A stretch of 32,000 bases of DNA. Source: Gemmata obscuriglobus. GTDB taxonomy: Bacteria > Planctomycetota > Planctomycetia > Gemmatales > Gemmataceae. The stretch is from positions 1,830,001 to 1,862,000 of the forward strand of contig NZ_CP042911.1 of NCBI RefSeq assembly GCF_008065095.1, in the 5' to 3' direction. Shown here in pieces: positions 15,554 through 23,382 of this stretch; positions within the stretch are counted from its first letter, which is position 1, and each line of letters begins with the position of its first letter. The translations under genes and the position numbers were made by a program. A model generated the notes under the pieces. The model ran no database searches, was not told the origin of the DNA, and saw only the letters and a list, made by a program, of their open reading frames with translations.

Positions 15554-18169
15554 ATGAACGCGCGAGCGTGGACGATAGGCGCACTTGCTGCGATAGGACT
15601 GCTGGCGGCCCCCCTGGTCGGTTCCGCCGCAGAACCGGCCGCGGAGCCGGCCGGCGGAAAAGCTCAGGGACCCTACGTCGTGGTCGTCGGCGTCGGGGAG
15701 TTCCAGGACAAGGCGATCAGCCCCCGGCCGACCGCCGACGCGGACGCGAAGGCGCTCCACGCGCTGCTCACCGACAAAAAGTACCTCGGCGCTTCCCCCG
15801 ATCGGGCCAAGCTCCTGACCTCTTCGGGTGCGACCCGCGAGGCGGTGGTGAAGGCCGTCGACGCGGCCGCCGCCGCCACCGGCGGTGACGACACCGTGAT
15901 CCTCGCGTTCTTCGGCCGCGGGTCGTCCACCGGCGACAAGCCGTGCTTCTTGACGAACGACAGCACGGTGAAGGACCGGGCGAAGACCGCTCTGCTGATG
16001 AGCGACCTGGAGCCGGCGTTTAAGAAGTTCAAGAGCCAGAACGTCCTGCTGCTGATGGACGTGCAGTACAAGGGCGGGGTCGACGCGGGGGCCGAGAAGA
16101 TCCTCGAGCCGAGCTGGCTCGAGATCATGAAGCTCGTGTTCGGCGACGAGAAGGACGAGAACATGCTCCCGCCGAACCGGGTGCTGGTCCTCGGCAACCC
16201 GCCGTTCCAGGACGCGCTCACGAAGGGCGACCACGGCCTGTTCTACTCCGTGCTCTCCGACGCGCTGGGCGGGAAGGCCGACCAGGCGCCGTACAACGAG
16301 GGCTACGAGTCGGACGGCATCGTCACCACCCGCGAGCTGCTCAAGTACCTCGAAAAAGAGATCCCGAACGCGGCCCGCGCGACCGGCAAAACCGACAAGG
16401 AAAAGGAACTCGAACCCGTCTTCGTCGGCCGCGGCGCCAGCAAGTTCTGGGTCACCCGCAACCCGGCCGAGACCGACACCATCAAGAAGCGGCTCGACGC
16501 CGTGGAGGGGCTCGCGAAGGCCGGCAAGCTCACCCCCGACCTCGTTAAAGAGGGCGTGGACCTGCTGTTCCGGATGCCCAAGCTGAAGTGGTCGCAGGCG
16601 CTCCGCAAGGAGTACCAGAAGCTGGCCGACGGCGGCGCCACCGTGGCCGATCTCGAGGCGCACCGCAAGAAGCTGCTCGAGGACCTGAAGCTCGATACCG
16701 ACGCCGCCGCGGAGTTCACCCGGAAGGTGCTGCCGGCGATCTACAAGCTGTCGGCCGAGTACATCAAGCCGATGACCCGCGGCGAGCTCACCGCCCTCGC
16801 GGTGAAGGGGCTGTTCGCCGAGGCCGACGAACCCGTCCCGGCCGACATCGCCGACACGATCAAGACCCCCGAGAAGATCAGCGACGAGCGCGGCAAGGAG
16901 CTGCTCACCGAGGCCCGGTTGCGGCTCGGCAAGCGCGAGGACCTCGACGGCGCGAAGGGCGCCGATGTGACCGTCCGCGCGCTGGTCGGCGCCCTCCACG
17001 ACCCCTACGCCGGTTACTTCACAAAGGAAGAGTGGCTCCGCACACAGGGCCAACTGTTCGGCCGGTTCCCGGGCGTCGGGATTATAATCCGCCGCGAGGC
17101 CGTGCGCGACGGGCTCCTCGTCGTCACCCCGATTAAAGGCAGCCCGGCGTTCCGCGCGGGTATTCAGGCGGGGGACCTGATCACGGAGATCCGCCTCGAA
17201 GTGGACAAGGAGGGCAAGCCGCTCCCGGCCGACGCCAAGAAGGTCCACAGCACGAAGGGGCTGAAGACCGACGACGCGGTGAACCTGATCACCGGCGCCC
17301 CGGACACCCCGGTTTCGCTCGTCGTCTCGCGGGAAGGTGAACCGGAGCCGAAAGTGTACCGCATCACCCGCAACTATGTGATGGTGGAAACCGTTCACGG
17401 GGTCAAGCGGGACGAGAAGAACGACTGGGGCTACTACCTCGACGAGAAGAGCAAGATCGGCTACCTGCACCTGAGCCAGTTCATCACGGTGTCCAACGAG
17501 TTGGGCACGCCGGCCGATGTCCGGCGCGCGGTGGCGGCCCTGAAACGGACCGGCCTCAACGGGCTCGTCATTGACGTGCGCAACAACCCCGGCGGGTCGC
17601 TCAAGGCCGTCATCGACATCTGCGAGCAGTTCGTCGGCAAGGAGGCGATCGTGACCACGAAGGAGCGGGGCGGCGCGGGCGCCACGTTCACCTACTCGGG
17701 CCGCAGCGCGGGCGACCGGAGCTTCCCGATTGTGGTGCTCATCAACGGGAACAGCGCCAGCGCCAGCGAGATCCTGGCCGCGTGCCTGCAGGACCACAGC
17801 CGCGCCACGATCATGGGCGAGCGGACCTACGGGAAGGGCAGCGTCCAGCACGTCGAGGAGTACGACGCGACCGGCGGGCGGGTCAAGTACACCGTCGCCC
17901 GGTACTACCCGCCGAGCGGGCGCAACATCGACAAGGTGGCGATGGAGCAGTCGACCGAGCTGAAGTCCCGCGACGAGTGGGGCGTGAAGCCCGACGCCGG
18001 GTTCGAACTCAAGATGACCCGCGAGGAGCTGGCCGACTGGTTCGAGTACAGCCGCGACCTCGAAGTGATCCCGGTGCCGGGCAAGAAGGCGCCGACGGTC
18101 GACCCGGGTAAGGACAAGCAACTGGCGAAGGCGCTTGAGCACCTCCAGGGGCTGGTCAACCGAAAGTGA
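15554..18169 (+). CDS. Secreted fusion: degenerate caspase-like (C14) domain + linker + PDZ + S41 C-terminal processing peptidase (Ctp/Prc family)
   Basis: Signal peptide MNARAWTIGALAAIGLLAAPLVGSAAEP. Caspase-like fold pattern YVVVVGVGEF..DADAKALHALL..ILAFFGRGS..LLLMDVQYKG..GDHGLFYSVLSDALGGKAD..DGIVTTRELLKYL. PDZ (GVGIIIRRE..LLVVTPIKGSPAFRAGIQAGDLITEI). S41 core (GLVIDVRNNPGGSL, VLINGNSASASEILAACLQD, GERTYGKGSVQ). Confidence 0.88.
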   Translation: MNARAWTIGALAAIGLLAAPLVGSAAEPAAEPAGGKAQGPYVVVVGVGEFQDKAISPRPTADADAKALHALLTDKKYLGASPDRAKLLTSSGATREAVVKAVDAAAAATGGDDTVILAFFGRGSSTGDKPCFLTNDSTVKDRAKTALLMSDLEPAFKKFKSQNVLLLMDVQYKGGVDAGAEKILEPSWLEIMKLVFGDEKDENMLPPNRVLVLGNPPFQDALTKGDHGLFYSVLSDALGGKADQAPYNEGYESDGIVTTRELLKYLEKEIPNAARATGKTDKEKELEPVFVGRGASKFWVTRNPAETDTIKKRLDAVEGLAKAGKLTPDLVKEGVDLLFRMPKLKWSQALRKEYQKLADGGATVADLEAHRKKLLEDLKLDTDAAAEFTRKVLPAIYKLSAEYIKPMTRGELTALAVKGLFAEADEPVPADIADTIKTPEKISDERGKELLTEARLRLGKREDLDGAKGADVTVRALVGALHDPYAGYFTKEEWLRTQGQLFGRFPGVGIIIRREAVRDGLLVVTPIKGSPAFRAGIQAGDLITEIRLEVDKEGKPLPADAKKVHSTKGLKTDDAVNLITGAPDTPVSLVVSREGEPEPKVYRITRNYVMVETVHGVKRDEKNDWGYYLDEKSKIGYLHLSQFITVSNELGTPADVRRAVAALKRTGLNGLVIDVRNNPGGSLKAVIDICEQFVGKEAIVTTKERGGAGATFTYSGRSAGDRSFPIVVLINGNSASASEILAACLQDHSRATIMGERTYGKGSVQHVEEYDATGGRVKYTVARYYPPSGRNIDKVAMEQSTELKSRDEWGVKPDAGFELKMTREELADWFEYSRDLEVIPVPGKKAPTVDPGKDKQLAKALEHLQGLVNRK

Positions 18170-18205
18170 TCGCGCCGGCTCGGTGCATCTAAACGCGGTC
18201 TATCA

Positions 18206-18240
18206 ACGCCCGGCGGGCCAGTACCCGCCGGGCGTGTTTG
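18206..18240 (+). terminator. Probable intrinsic terminator after the S41 peptidase gene
   Basis: ACGCCCGGCGGG-ccagta-CCCGCCGGGCGT, a perfect 12-bp stem followed by GTTTG (short T-tract). Confidence 0.55.
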
Positions 18241-18638
18241 CGCGCGGCCGATCTCGTTACTCCTCTCGTTGTCTGAAATCTGAAGCCGACGCTTCATCAC
18301 CGGATGGGACGAGGCGTCGATCTCCCCAGAACGCAAGCATTCTGCTCTTGGCTGCCGGGCTCACTTCCAGAAGGTGACAGCACCGGCTGTCTTCCCAGCG
18401 GCCACGATCCGCCGCGTCCATGATAGTTAATCTGGCAAATGTGTTCTTTTTGAATTCGTTGTGGCGAATGTAGGGGCTTGACGACTTGCGCCGGCTGCGC
18501 CCGGCGGAGTTGTTGCGCGTGTGTGTTTTGTTGCGCGCGTTTCATTGCGAGAAATGGGGCACGAAGCAGAATTAGCTCAAGTGCGGTGCGCCGGCCGACG
18601 TAACGGGGCAGGCGAGGCACGACACGAGGGGTTCCGCG

Positions 18639-19049
18639 ATGTTCCGCCGTGCGCTTCTGGTCGCCGCCGTCGCGGCTCTGATCGCGGCCCAGACCGGTTG
18701 CCGCTCCGCGTGCGGCGAACGCCACAGTTGGTTCAGCTCGCGCTCGTCGTCGGATGTGCCGTGCCGGACGGTGGGACGCAGCAGCGGCTGCTTCGACACC
18801 GCAACCGGTGCTTCAGTGCCGTGTCCGACGGGGGGAGGGATGCTGGTCCCCGGTGGCCCGTCTGTGACCGGTCCGGTGGTCCCGGGCCGCGGGCCGATTG
18901 AAGTGGGGCCGATGCCGTCGCTGAACGATGGAGGACTGATCCCTCCGTCCGCGCTGCCTGTTCCGGCGCCAGCGCCGGGGGCGAACAACACAGAGTTGCC
19001 GTTCCCGTCCCTCTCAGGGACGCCGGTGAAAGGCCCTTTGAACAAGTGA
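18639..19049 (+). CDS. Hypothetical Cys/Pro/Gly-rich lipoprotein
   Basis: GAGGGG 8 nt upstream of the ATG. MFRRALLVAAVAALIAAQTGC gives a signal plus lipobox. High GC3. A strong terminator follows. Confidence 0.7.
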   Translation: MFRRALLVAAVAALIAAQTGCRSACGERHSWFSSRSSSDVPCRTVGRSSGCFDTATGASVPCPTGGGMLVPGGPSVTGPVVPGRGPIEVGPMPSLNDGGLIPPSALPVPAPAPGANNTELPFPSLSGTPVKGPLNK

Positions 19050-19072
19050 ATCACCCGGGAGGGTGACCCTCG

Positions 19073-19114
19073 GACGCGGCCGGCGGATGGAGATCCGCCG
19101 GCCGCGTCTTTTTT
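19073..19114 (+). terminator. Rho-independent terminator
   Basis: GACGCGGCCGGCGGAT-ggag-ATCCGCCGGCCGCGTC, a perfect 16-bp stem, then TTTTTT. A small hairpin TCACCC-ggga-GGGTGA lies just upstream (19051-19066). Confidence 0.85.
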
Positions 19115-19147
19115 ACCTTGGGCTCGATACGATTCCGTGCCGGTCGG

Positions 19148-19795
19148 TTAGCGAGCGGTCGGGCAGCGGCCGTTCGCGCAACCGCCCATGGTCGGCAGCA
19201 CGTAACCGCCCTGGATCACGGTCGGGCAGCGGCCGCTCGCGCAGCCGCCGACGGTCGGCAGGTAGCCGCTCTGGATCACGCCCGAACAGCCCCCCCCGGA
19301 GCAACTCCCGCGGTACAGCGGGGCCGGGTACGCGGTGTACGGCGCGCTGGTGGCGGCCGCCGGGGCGCCCACGGTCACGGTCGTGCTCGGGGTGTTCGGA
19401 GCGCTCGCGTAGGTGCTCAGGTGGTTGGCGAGGTCCCCAGCCGACACCGCGCCGGGCTGGCGCAGCGCCTGGTAGGTGCCGCCGGTGCTGCTGATCACCA
19501 GTCCGTCGGTGAGCTGAAACTGGCTCGCGAGTTCCGCGCCCTTCGCGGTGCCAGTGTCCACCGCCACGCACACGAACTTGTCACGAAGCAGCTTGGCGGC
19601 CTCGTCGGTCATGGCCGAGTCGTTCAGCACCTTGGCGAACGGGTTGCCGGTCCCGATCAGCACCGCCATCGGTTTGCCTTCACTGGCCGCGAGCTTCAGG
19701 GCGGAAGCGTAATCGGTGTGCGTCTGGAACTCGGGCTTTGCAGCCGGGGCCAGCACACCGGACAGGGCGATCGCAGCCAGAATCGTCGTGGTCAT
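19148..19795 (-). CDS. Secreted thioredoxin-fold-like protein (no CxxC) with C-terminal Cys-rich repeats
   Basis: Signal MTTTILAAIALSGVLAPAA. YASALKLAASEGKPMAVLIG...DKFVCVAVD...ASQFQL..GLVISS resembles the thioredoxin_7/DUF255-type layout but lacks the active-site cysteines. C-terminus is GGCSGVIQSGYLPTVGGCASGRCPTVIQGGYVLPTMGGCANGRCPTAR. The functional call is weak. Confidence 0.75.
   Translation of the reverse strand: MTTTILAAIALSGVLAPAAKPEFQTHTDYASALKLAASEGKPMAVLIGTGNPFAKVLNDSAMTDEAAKLLRDKFVCVAVDTGTAKGAELASQFQLTDGLVISSTGGTYQALRQPGAVSAGDLANHLSTYASAPNTPSTTVTVGAPAAATSAPYTAYPAPLYRGSCSGGGCSGVIQSGYLPTVGGCASGRCPTVIQGGYVLPTMGGCANGRCPTAR
19157..19279 (-). repeat. In-frame tandem repeat (63 + 60 nt) encoding the V-I-Q-G-G-Y...G-G-C-A-x-G-R-C-P-T motif
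   Basis: 19157-19219 and 19220-19279 are clearly homologous at the nucleotide level (GGTCGGGCAGCGGCCG.TCGCGCA.CCGCC...GGTCGGCAG...CTGGATCAC). Confidence 0.8.
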
Positions 19796-19859
19796 GCATT
19801 ACTCCTGGTGTAACCACTTGGTGGGCGATCTCCCGCGCCTTACATGCCGCGGGAATTGC

Positions 19860-20045
19860 CGTTTATAGACATTTCTGCCGCAGATGTGAACCTTAAAGCC
19901 GTTAAAAAAGGAAAATTCGGAATAATTCGGTTGCGTAATGAGTCAAGACTGGACATTTGCCGCGTGGTGTTCTGGTGAGAATAGATAATTCGGGATTAAT
20001 GTGAAGTTTTTTAATTGTTGTAGTGTGATATTGTTTATTGAGGTT
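19860..20045. promoter_or_regulatory. AT-rich island with duplicated short motifs (putative promoter/operator region)
   Basis: Local composition is far below the window's GC. GACATTT(CT/-)GCCGC occurs at 19868 and 19952. ATAATTCGG occurs at 19922 and 19985 (plus AAAATTCGG at 19912), each followed by TAATG. Lies upstream of 19148-19795(-) and of the hairpin element at 20065. Confidence 0.4.
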
Positions 20046-20064
20046 TGTTGGTAGCCTTTGCTGT

Positions 20065-20184
20065 CTCATACCAAATCCGACTGAAGAGTAACGGTGGTTG
20101 GGAGCGCCACCCGCCCGCTAACGCAGGCGGGTGCAACCGACACCCTGCCGAGCGGTTACTCTTCAACCGGATTTGGTATCAGAG
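20065..20184. repeat. 120-nt long-stem hairpin element (candidate structured ncRNA or MITE-like inverted repeat)
   Basis: Outer arms 20065-20094 (CTCATACCAAATCCGACTGAAGAGTAACGG) and 20155-20184 (GTTACTCTTCAACCGGATTTGGTATCAGAG) pair over about 27 bp with a 2-nt internal mismatch and a 2-nt bulge. Apical hairpin 20108-20133 is CACCCGCCCGC-taac-GCAGGCGGGTG. One arm recurs at 25559-25573. Confidence 0.7.
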
Positions 20185-20490
20185 CGTCGCATCGTCGCCC
20201 GTTGGCGCGTCGCAGGACAAACTGATCACGCTGCCGGGATGGGGTAACGCTCGGAAACGAGTCGGGACCGCTCGGGAGCGGGTGATGTATCCCGCTTCCG
20301 AGCAGTGCGGATCGTCAAAAACGCTGCGCACTTACGTCCGTCTGCTCAGTCTTTTGAATCGTTATTACACCCTTGACGCCCCACATGGTGGGCGCTCGCT
20401 CTACCAGCGGGTTGATTACACCTCAAACGGTGAGGGGCGTTGAATCCGCCTCGACTGCCCGAGCGAAACCACTGGGTCAGGCCGTTGTCC

Positions 20491-21753
20491 ATGCGAGGAA
20501 TGCCCATGAGCCCGATCCGTGCGTTCGCCTGCGTGCTCCTGTTGGTTCCGCCGGTGGCGGGCGCGGAGCCAGAGGTGTGGCCCCAGTGGCGTGGCCCCAC
20601 CCGGGACGGTCTTGTCGCCGGTGCCGCCTGGCCCGACAAGTTGGGCGGCGACGCTCTCAAACGCGTCTGGCGTGTCGAGAACCTCGGCCCCAGTTACTCG
20701 GGACCGATCGTGACCGCCGACCGCGTGTTTACGACCCAGACCGTGGACAAGAAGACCGAAGTCGTCACCGCCCACGACCGCAAGACGGGAAAGGAGCTGT
20801 GGAAGGTTTCGTGGGAGGGCGCCATCACGGTGCCGTTCTTCGCCGCGAAGAACGGGAGCTGGATTCGCTCGACTCCGGCGTTCGACGGGAAAACGCTGTT
20901 CGTTGCCGGTATCAAGGACCTGCTGGTCGCGCTGGACGGGGCCACCGGGAAGGAGCGGTGGCGGTGCGATTTCGTCAAGGAGTTCGGCGCTCCGCCCCCC
21001 GACTTCGGGTTCGTCTGTTCGCCGCTCGTCGACGACACCGGCGTGTACGTCCAGGCCGGCGGGTGCTTCGCGAAGCTCGACAAGGCTACCGGTAAGGTGC
21101 TCTGGACGGCACTCAAGGACGGCGGCGGGACCATGGGGTCCGCGTTCTCGTCGCCGGTGTTCGCGCGGCTCGCGGGCAAGGAGCAGGTGCTCGTGCAGAC
21201 GCGCACGAAGCTCGCCGGGGTGGACCGCGGCACCGGCGAGGAACTGTGGGTGAAAGAGATCCCTTCGTTCCGCGGGATGAACATTCTCACCCCGGTGCCG
21301 GTGGGCGACGACGGCGTGTTCACCAGCACCTATGGCGGGAACACCCGGTTGCTGCGGCTGAAGAGCGACGGAGGCCAGTACTCCGCCCAAGACGCCTGGA
21401 GCTTCAAATACGAGGGCAACATGACTTCGCCGGTGGTGGTGGCCGGCCACGCCTATTTGCTCGGAAAGGACAAGCGGTTGCTCTGCACGAACCTCGAAAC
21501 CGGCAAAGAGGTCTGGCGTTCGGAGGAGCGGTTCGGGGACTACTGGAGCTTGGTCGCGAACCGCGACAAGGTGCTGGCCCTCGACCAGCGCGGGACGCTG
21601 TACCTGTTCCGCGCGAGCGCAAAGGAGTTCGACCTGCTGGACCAGAGGAAGGTCGCCGACGCGGAGACGTGGGCGCACCTCGCGGTGTGCGGCGACGAAG
21701 TGGTGATTCGCGATCTGACCGGGCTGACGATGTGGCGGTGGGGCGTCCGGTAA
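20491..21753 (+). CDS. PQQ-like / BamB-like beta-propeller repeat protein, secreted
   Basis: Signal MRGMPMSPIRAFACVLLLVPPVAGA, then EVWPQWRGPTRDG. Repeated ...G.V(F/Y)....G.L.ALD..TGKE.W motifs are typical of PQQ_2/BamB-type propellers. Start is ambiguous among ATG 20491, 20500 and 20506. Confidence 0.8.
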   Translation: MRGMPMSPIRAFACVLLLVPPVAGAEPEVWPQWRGPTRDGLVAGAAWPDKLGGDALKRVWRVENLGPSYSGPIVTADRVFTTQTVDKKTEVVTAHDRKTGKELWKVSWEGAITVPFFAAKNGSWIRSTPAFDGKTLFVAGIKDLLVALDGATGKERWRCDFVKEFGAPPPDFGFVCSPLVDDTGVYVQAGGCFAKLDKATGKVLWTALKDGGGTMGSAFSSPVFARLAGKEQVLVQTRTKLAGVDRGTGEELWVKEIPSFRGMNILTPVPVGDDGVFTSTYGGNTRLLRLKSDGGQYSAQDAWSFKYEGNMTSPVVVAGHAYLLGKDKRLLCTNLETGKEVWRSEERFGDYWSLVANRDKVLALDQRGTLYLFRASAKEFDLLDQRKVADAETWAHLAVCGDEVVIRDLTGLTMWRWGVR

Positions 21754-21804
21754 CGCGCCCCACTCCCGGAGGAGCGGAGCCGACCGGCGGCCGTGGTGAA
21801 GCGG

Positions 21805-23382
21805 TCAACTGGAACCGGCGTCGCTTTCGGGGCGCTCGGGCTTCCTTCGGAGCAGCCGGGCCATCCCGTACCCCAGCCCGACCGCCGACAGCACGCCGGA
21901 CGCGCCCACGGCGAGCATGATCCAGTCGCGGCGGTCCGGTTGCCAGAGCGGACGGTCCGGTTCGGGGGCCATCAGCGCTCCCGAGTCGGCCACCAGTTCG
22001 ACGTTGATCTCTCCCGGCGGCAGCGGTAGCGGCACCGGCACCGGGACGGGTATCGGAGCCGCGGTCGGGACGGCCCGTGGCGGCGTCGGGGTGCTTGCGA
22101 GTGCGGGCGTCGGGGCCGTGCCCACTTTCGGCGCCGCTTTCGCAGTCGCCTTCGGCGCCGGGGCCGGTGGCTTCATAGGTAGGGCGGGTGCCGAATCGTG
22201 TTTCGCCGGTCGAGCCGTCGGCAGCTTCGGCGCTTCCAACTGCGACTCACTTTCGAGCCAGTCTTTGAACGCGGGCTGGAGGTTCGGCGCCGGCGCGGCC
22301 CCGCCTGTGGTGAACCGCTTTAGCGCGAGAGCCGCCTCGGTCGGAGTCTGGTACCGCGCCTCGGGCGTTTTCGCGAGCAGCTTGTCGAGCACCTGCTGGA
22401 ACCCGTTCGGCAGGTCGGACACGAACGTGCTCAGCGGCGGCGCCTTCTCGGTCGCGTGCTTGAGCATCTGCGCCATGATGTTCGACTCGGGGAAGGGCGG
22501 GTTCCCCGCGACGCACTGGTGCACCAAGCAGCCGAGCGAGTAGAGGTCCGCCCGGATGTCGGCGGTGCTTGCGTCCTTCGCCTGCTCGGGGGCGAGGTAG
22601 TCGGGCGTGCCGAGCACCGACCCTTCCAGAGTGAGTTTCGCGTCCGCCTGGGATTCCGGAACGCTGTCGTCGAACAACTCGCGGCCCAGCCCGACGTCCA
22701 GGATCTTGACGGTCGCGTCGAGTGTGGTGTCGGGCTTGCCCTTCGCCGGCTCCGGGGTGAGCATGATGTTCGCGGGCTTCAGGTCGCGGTGCACCATGCG
22801 GCGCTCGTGCAGGTGCTGGAGCCCGTCGAGCGTTTGCGTCGCGAGCCGCACCACCTCGGGCCAGGGCAACCGCTTGCGGCGCTCCAGCACGTCCGCGAGC
22901 GTCTCGCCCTCAATGTGTTCCATCGCGATGAAGTGGACCCCGCCGCTCTCGCCGACCTGGAACGCGCGCACCACGTTCGGGTGGTCGAGCTGGGTGAGCA
23001 ACCGGGCCTCGCGCTGGAACCGCCCCAGCACCTGCGGGTTCTTGGCCCGCGACGCCGACAGGATCTTCAGCGCCACGACCTGCCCGAAGTTGTGGACGGC
23101 CTTATACACCCCGCCCATTTGCCCCTTACCGATGCGGTCGAGGATCTTGTACCCGCCGAGGAAGAACCCGTCGGCGCGGCCGCGCTGCACGATCGCGGCC
23201 TGGTAGTCGGTCAGGCACTTGCGGGCGACGAGGAACCGGCGGAACGAGTCCACGCGGTCGTCCGGGCCGGGCTTCTCCTGTTGCCACTGGTGATACTGCG
23301 CGCTCACCTCTTCCGGCGGGAGCAGCCGGCTCTTCACCAGCAGCGTGCAGTACTCGGCCGCGGTCGTGACGGGAGTAGCCAT
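21805..23382 (-). CDS. Ser/Thr protein kinase with C-terminal TM segment
   Basis: ATG 23382 (track start 23391 is a TTG). GKGQMGGVYKA, VALKIL, HRDLKPANIML, DVGLGR, GTPDYLAPEQ. Pro/Ala-rich linker and TM WIMLAVGASGVLSAVGLGYGMA. Confidence 0.9.
   Translation of the reverse strand: MATPVTTAAEYCTLLVKSRLLPPEEVSAQYHQWQQEKPGPDDRVDSFRRFLVARKCLTDYQAAIVQRGRADGFFLGGYKILDRIGKGQMGGVYKAVHNFGQVVALKILSASRAKNPQVLGRFQREARLLTQLDHPNVVRAFQVGESGGVHFIAMEHIEGETLADVLERRKRLPWPEVVRLATQTLDGLQHLHERRMVHRDLKPANIMLTPEPAKGKPDTTLDATVKILDVGLGRELFDDSVPESQADAKLTLEGSVLGTPDYLAPEQAKDASTADIRADLYSLGCLVHQCVAGNPPFPESNIMAQMLKHATEKAPPLSTFVSDLPNGFQQVLDKLLAKTPEARYQTPTEAALALKRFTTGGAAPAPNLQPAFKDWLESESQLEAPKLPTARPAKHDSAPALPMKPPAPAPKATAKAAPKVGTAPTPALASTPTPPRAVPTAAPIPVPVPVPLPLPPGEINVELVADSGALMAPEPDRPLWQPDRRDWIMLAVGASGVLSAVGLGYGMARLLRRKPERPESDAGSS

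Noticed and set aside
15512-18142. 876-aa ORF exactly antisense to the 886-aa S41 peptidase ORF
   Set aside because: It is in codon register with the sense gene, so its stop codons would correspond to the sense codons TTA, CTA and TCA. A high-GC gene avoids these. The translation is Arg/Leu/Gly/Val/His-rich with no recognisable motifs, whereas the sense strand has clear PDZ/S41 motifs. This is a shadow ORF.
20081-20087. Hammerhead ribozyme core (CUGAAGA matches CUGANGA) followed by a GUAAC...GUUAC stem
   Set aside because: No GAAA element follows the putative stem II. The CUGAAGAG segment instead pairs continuously with CUCUUCA on the other arm. No NUH cleavage-site geometry could be built on either strand.
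20065-20184. Integron attC site (imperfect palindrome of suitable length with GTAAC/GTTAC near the base)
   Set aside because: The sequences do not fit the RYYYAAC / GTTRRRY core definitions (GAGTAAC / GTTACTC). No integron integrase or cassette array is present in the window.
20045-20443. 132-aa ORF covering the hairpin element and leader
   Set aside because: It is translated straight through a 120-nt inverted repeat, has low and non-periodic GC, and shows no protein-like features. The region is better explained as non-coding.
20416-21678. 420-aa minus-strand ORF, plus 20373-21095(+), 20694-21329(-) and 21246-21920(+)
   Set aside because: These overlap the PQQ/BamB-like propeller gene, which has a signal peptide and repeated propeller motifs. 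The alternatives are Arg/Gly/Pro-rich shadows.
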